30,222 nucleotides of DNA, from IMG/VR virus record IMGVR_UViG_2565956730_000004. One strand, given 5' to 3'. The DNA is from a virus (Duplodnaviria > Heunggongvirae > Uroviricota > Caudoviricetes). The notes beneath the pieces were generated by a model that saw only the letters and a list, made by a program, of their open reading frames with translations, ran no database searches and was not told the DNA's origin. Shown piece by piece: positions 27,103 to 30,222 of the stretch. A program made the position numbers and the translations under genes. The first letter of the stretch is position 1. The number at the start of each line of letters is the position of its first letter.

Positions 27103-29478
27103 ATGCATCGTATAGACACGAAAACCGCGCAGAAGGATAAGTTCGGCGCGGGTAAGAACGGTTTTACCCGTGGTAACCCCCAGACCGGCACGCCTGCCAC
27201 CGATCTGGATGATGACTACTTTGACATGTTGCAGGAAGAACTTTGCAGCGTGGTGGAGGCCTCCGGTGCCAGTCTGGAGAAGGCGCGGCACGACCAGCTG
27301 CTTACCGCGCTTCGTGCGCTGCTGTTAAGCCGCAAAAATCCGTTTGGCGATATCAAATCGGATGGCACGGTAGAACGCGCTCTTGAAAATCTGGGGTTAC
27401 AGGATGTAAAAGCTGGTTCATTGAACAATCTGTACACTAACCATTCCCGTAGTGTCTTAATGGAATTGCCGTTATTATTCCCAGACTACGATACGGTGCT
27501 GGCTGCTCAGTCTGGTGCGGAATATATGTATCCACAGGGATTTGTGGTGACAGGAGAAAAAATCTATCTGAGTTATACCGTTGAGCCAAAGCAGACACGG
27601 AACGTTATAGTTCAGTACACAACATCCGGCGAATATGAGGGATATTATTATGTCGATAATGGAGGTCGTGGCGTTGTCAGCGAAGGCCTTGTGGTGACAA
27701 CGGATTACGGTGGATTACGTTTGTTCATGTCAGGAGAAAATGGATTACTGAAACAGTTTTCGCTTGATGGGGCAATTTCTGGTTCAGTATTGCCGTTAAT
27801 TGATGAACATGATGTCGGTGTTTACAACCAGTTCAGCTATCGTAAAAACCGCTGGGTGGTTGAACAGTCAGCGCCGGAAGTGGGAGGCCTGATCACCCGC
27901 ACAGTATTTGCGGTGTATGATTTTCAGTTTCGTCGGACAGGGACATTCACATTACCGTTGCATGATTCCGGATATATCACGGAAAGCACAGACAGCTATG
28001 CAAGACGCTTCACAAAACGTCAGGGAATTGCTGTGGGAGACGATTATATTGCCTGTTCTTATGGTGGCTATTTTAATACCGGGGCATCAGCCGGATTTAA
28101 CCAGTTTCAGGGGGTTAAGGTCTTTTCTCCGGATGGAGTAAAGCAGCAGGAATCCATTCTTCATCCCCAAAAAATGATAGATGTGCTTACCAGGCAGGGT
28201 TTTACACCTTCGCGCATTGAGAACGAAGGAATTTGTATTTCTGACGACGGCGGCAGTATATATTCGCTTTATATCTTTCTGGAGCGTGGGTTACCACAGG
28301 CTTATCAGAAAGGAATTGTTCTGATGAAAGAGTTCAGTACTGGCAGAGATGCTATTGATTTTCGTCAGGCAGCCTGGTTGTACACGGGGTTTGATGTGTC
28401 TCATGCCAGTATTGGAACATTTCCCCGTAGTGCCCAGGGGTTGGTAAACCCGGTGTTGGGGACGGTATTCACATCCCTGTCTGAAATTCTGGCATATATG
28501 CGTTCTGTGAGTCAGAAATGGTTTTGTCTGCATACAACCACGACACCGATTAAAGATCTGAGTGGAAATGACATTCCTGCTGACAATTATGTGTTCATCA
28601 AGAATGCTAATAACCAGACATTCTATATAACGCAGGAGTCAGCTGAAGGTGGAATAAAATATAAAGCTGTCACTACAGACAGCGGAGAATATGGTTTTCA
28701 GCGACAAAGAGAGGCAATCTGGTCCAATGTTATCACCATCGCACAAAAGAGCGATGGTGAGGATCAGTTTAATCGTATTATCGCTGCCTCGAAAAGTGGT
28801 TCAGGTAAAAATCAGGATAAAATACTGGTAGTTGACCAACAGGCATCAGAGGGGAATAACACGCTGGTAATTGGCGGTGGTTCATCTGTGTTCAGGTCAG
28901 CGACAGTGATTGATTTTGCAACGAATCAGGATGCAAATGCCACAGGAGGAGAAAAGAGATGGCGCATAGATTCATCAGGAAATCTCCGCCCTTATACAGA
29001 TAATACGTATTCGATCGGTTATGCCTCATGGCGACCCGCACAGGTTTATTCAGCTACGGGAAGTATCAGTACATCAGACCGGACTCATAAACAGGACGAA
29101 ACAATTCTGTCGGATGCAGAAAAAAGGGTTGCCAGAAAGCTGCTCGGGTATATCTGTCGGTTCCGTTTCAGGGATGCAGTGTCCAGCAAAGGGAACGCAG
29201 CCAGATGGCATGTAGGAGTGATTGCTCAGGACGTACAGAAGGTCTTCTCTGAGGAAGGGCTGGACGCTTTTGATTACGGTATTTTGTGTCGTGATGAATA
29301 TCCGGCGGAATATGAAGTGGTTTACGGGACTCGTATGGAGCTTGGTCCTGACGGACTCCTTACAATGGAAGAATACGATACCGGAGAGCGCAAGCTGGTC
29401 AGGGAGGCTGGTGAAATAATGTCTGTAAGGAATGATGAGCTGCATTATTTCATGCTGGCATCGCTGTCTGGCCAGTGA
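27103..29478 (+). CDS. Tail fibre protein with conserved N-terminal anchor, AT-richer central region and C-terminal self-cleaving intramolecular chaperone (peptidase S74-like)
   Basis: 791 aa; RBS GGAG. Conserved-looking N-terminus ([40 protein letters not shown]..). C-terminus has an S-D-R-x-x-K motif ([10 protein letters not shown], Ser codon about 29074) followed by roughly 130 aa, matching endosialidase-chaperone-type autoproteolysis. Confidence 0.85.
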   Translation: MHRIDTKTAQKDKFGAGKNGFTRGNPQTGTPATDLDDDYFDMLQEELCSVVEASGASLEKARHDQLLTALRALLLSRKNPFGDIKSDGTVERALENLGLQDVKAGSLNNLYTNHSRSVLMELPLLFPDYDTVLAAQSGAEYMYPQGFVVTGEKIYLSYTVEPKQTRNVIVQYTTSGEYEGYYYVDNGGRGVVSEGLVVTTDYGGLRLFMSGENGLLKQFSLDGAISGSVLPLIDEHDVGVYNQFSYRKNRWVVEQSAPEVGGLITRTVFAVYDFQFRRTGTFTLPLHDSGYITESTDSYARRFTKRQGIAVGDDYIACSYGGYFNTGASAGFNQFQGVKVFSPDGVKQQESILHPQKMIDVLTRQGFTPSRIENEGICISDDGGSIYSLYIFLERGLPQAYQKGIVLMKEFSTGRDAIDFRQAAWLYTGFDVSHASIGTFPRSAQGLVNPVLGTVFTSLSEILAYMRSVSQKWFCLHTTTTPIKDLSGNDIPADNYVFIKNANNQTFYITQESAEGGIKYKAVTTDSGEYGFQRQREAIWSNVITIAQKSDGEDQFNRIIAASKSGSGKNQDKILVVDQQASEGNNTLVIGGGSSVFRSATVIDFATNQDANATGGEKRWRIDSSGNLRPYTDNTYSIGYASWRPAQVYSATGSISTSDRTHKQDETILSDAEKRVARKLLGYICRFRFRDAVSSKGNAARWHVGVIAQDVQKVFSEEGLDAFDYGILCRDEYPAEYEVVYGTRMELGPDGLLTMEEYDTGERKLVREAGEIMSVRNDELHYFMLASLSGQ

Positions 29479-29488
29479 ATAATATTAA

Positions 29489-29515
29489 TGTAAGGAGCGA
29501 TATAAGCTCCTTACA
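29489..29515 (+). terminator. Perfect 10-bp hairpin just after the tail fibre stop; likely terminator for the late operon
   Basis: TGTAAGGAGC-GATATAA-GCTCCTTACA, followed by TCATGCATTTT. Confidence 0.5.
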
Positions 29516-29973
29516 TCATGCATTTTATGCTGCGATTATGCGTTCTCCTGTTGTTTGTTGCTGAGAGTGAAACACCGGAAACATACTGGTGGATTGAAAT
29601 GTTCTGTGTGGCAGCGTATGAATATGTCGTGGTAGGGTGGATAAAAAATGCCCGTGATGATCCGGGCAACATAGCAGTATGCATTTTTCTATTGTGAACT
29701 GATGCATTATACAAGTAATGCTGTTATTGAGGAAAGTTTAAAGAAGCGGCTCTTCTCCGCCTGTAAAGTTTGGTCATTATTGCTTTATATATAAGTTCCA
29801 CCAGTAGGCGATCATCTATGATGTTGGCATATCGACTTTGTATAAGAGGTTTCCGGTCGGAGATAAATGAAACCGTAGCACGTCGTATGCAAGAACGTGC
29901 CACGGCTGGCTGGCGAACTTTCGATAGTGCGAGTATTGAATGATTTCCAGCCGTTACCGATTTTACGTGTTAA

Positions 29974-30222
29974 TTAGTGAACAAACCACTCATCAGCAGA
30001 TTCCCAGGTATCTTTCAGAGTCTCCTGAACAAAAGTTTTTGCAGAATCCTTATCTGCGGTGCGTGTAACAGAAAGGCCATCGTTGCTGGTGGCTTTTACG
30101 ATCACCTCTACATCGTCATAACGCTTACTGATGCGTCGGGTTAATTCTTCCTTTAACGCATCCACAGCACCGGTTGGCATTTTAGTCATTTTTTCTTTGG
30201 CTATGCAGATTTCAATACGCAT
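29974..30222 (-). CDS. dinI: DinI-family protein (phage paralogue)
   Basis: 82 aa on the minus strand, start codon at the window edge; [11 protein letters not shown].....LTRRI...........[32 protein letters not shown] parallels E. coli DinI (MRIEVTIAK...QETWESADDWFV) as recalled. Promoter and RBS lie beyond the window. Confidence 0.8.
   Translation of the reverse strand: MRIEICIAKEKMTKMPTGAVDALKEELTRRISKRYDDVEVIVKATSNDGLSVTRTADKDSAKTFVQETLKDTWESADEWFVH

Noticed and set aside
29518-29697. 59-codon hydrophobic ORF immediately after the tail fibre terminator hairpin
   Set aside because: Start codon abuts the hairpin with no RBS; composition resembles random AT-rich sequence. Not called as a gene, but flagged in the gap finding.
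1-30222. CRISPR array, integrase, attachment site or defence operon with recognisable nuclease/ATPase domains
   Set aside because: No regularly spaced direct repeats with unique spacers; no tyrosine or serine recombinase-like ORF; no host-phage junction evident. The window appears entirely internal to the prophage.

Overview
The window reads as one contiguous stretch of a mosaic lambdoid prophage from an enterobacterium, with nearly every gene on the + strand. All calls are from reading the sequence and from recalled family signatures; no database search was run. In order: (1) an early/replication block (1-2081) whose replication-initiator gene carries five ~22-bp iteron-like repeats (a putative ori); (2) a nin-like block (2081-6035) with an orphan N6-adenine methyltransferase, a LexA DNA-binding-domain-only protein, RusA, a KilA-N protein, a DUF968 protein and a Q-like antiterminator; (3) a PR'/tR'-like late control region followed by a small AT-rich zinc-ribbon ORF with its own terminator (6036-6612); (4) a lysis cassette very close to lambda S-R-Rz/Rz1 (6698-7983); (5) a Rha-family gene with its own promoter and terminators (8183-9075); (6) HNH endonuclease, a structured possible cos region, and P27-type small plus large terminase (9156-11856); (7) an HK97-type head module (portal, prohead protease, major capsid, connector proteins; 12050-16602); (8) a Mu/SfV-type contractile tail module (sheath, tube, chaperone with a -1 frameshift, tape measure, baseplate proteins; 16599-27099); (9) a mosaic tail fibre with a C-terminal self-cleaving chaperone domain (27103-29478); (10) a convergent dinI-like gene at the window edge (29974-30222). 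The best candidates for undescribed function are two AT-rich inserts: a 165-aa signal-peptide protein between the tape measure and baseplate genes (21517-22011), and the 80-aa four-cysteine-pair protein in the Q-to-holin slot (6324-6566). A possible SOS-modulating pair (LexA-DBD-only protein plus DinI homologue) is also noted. No CRISPR array, tRNA, integrase or att site is visible.
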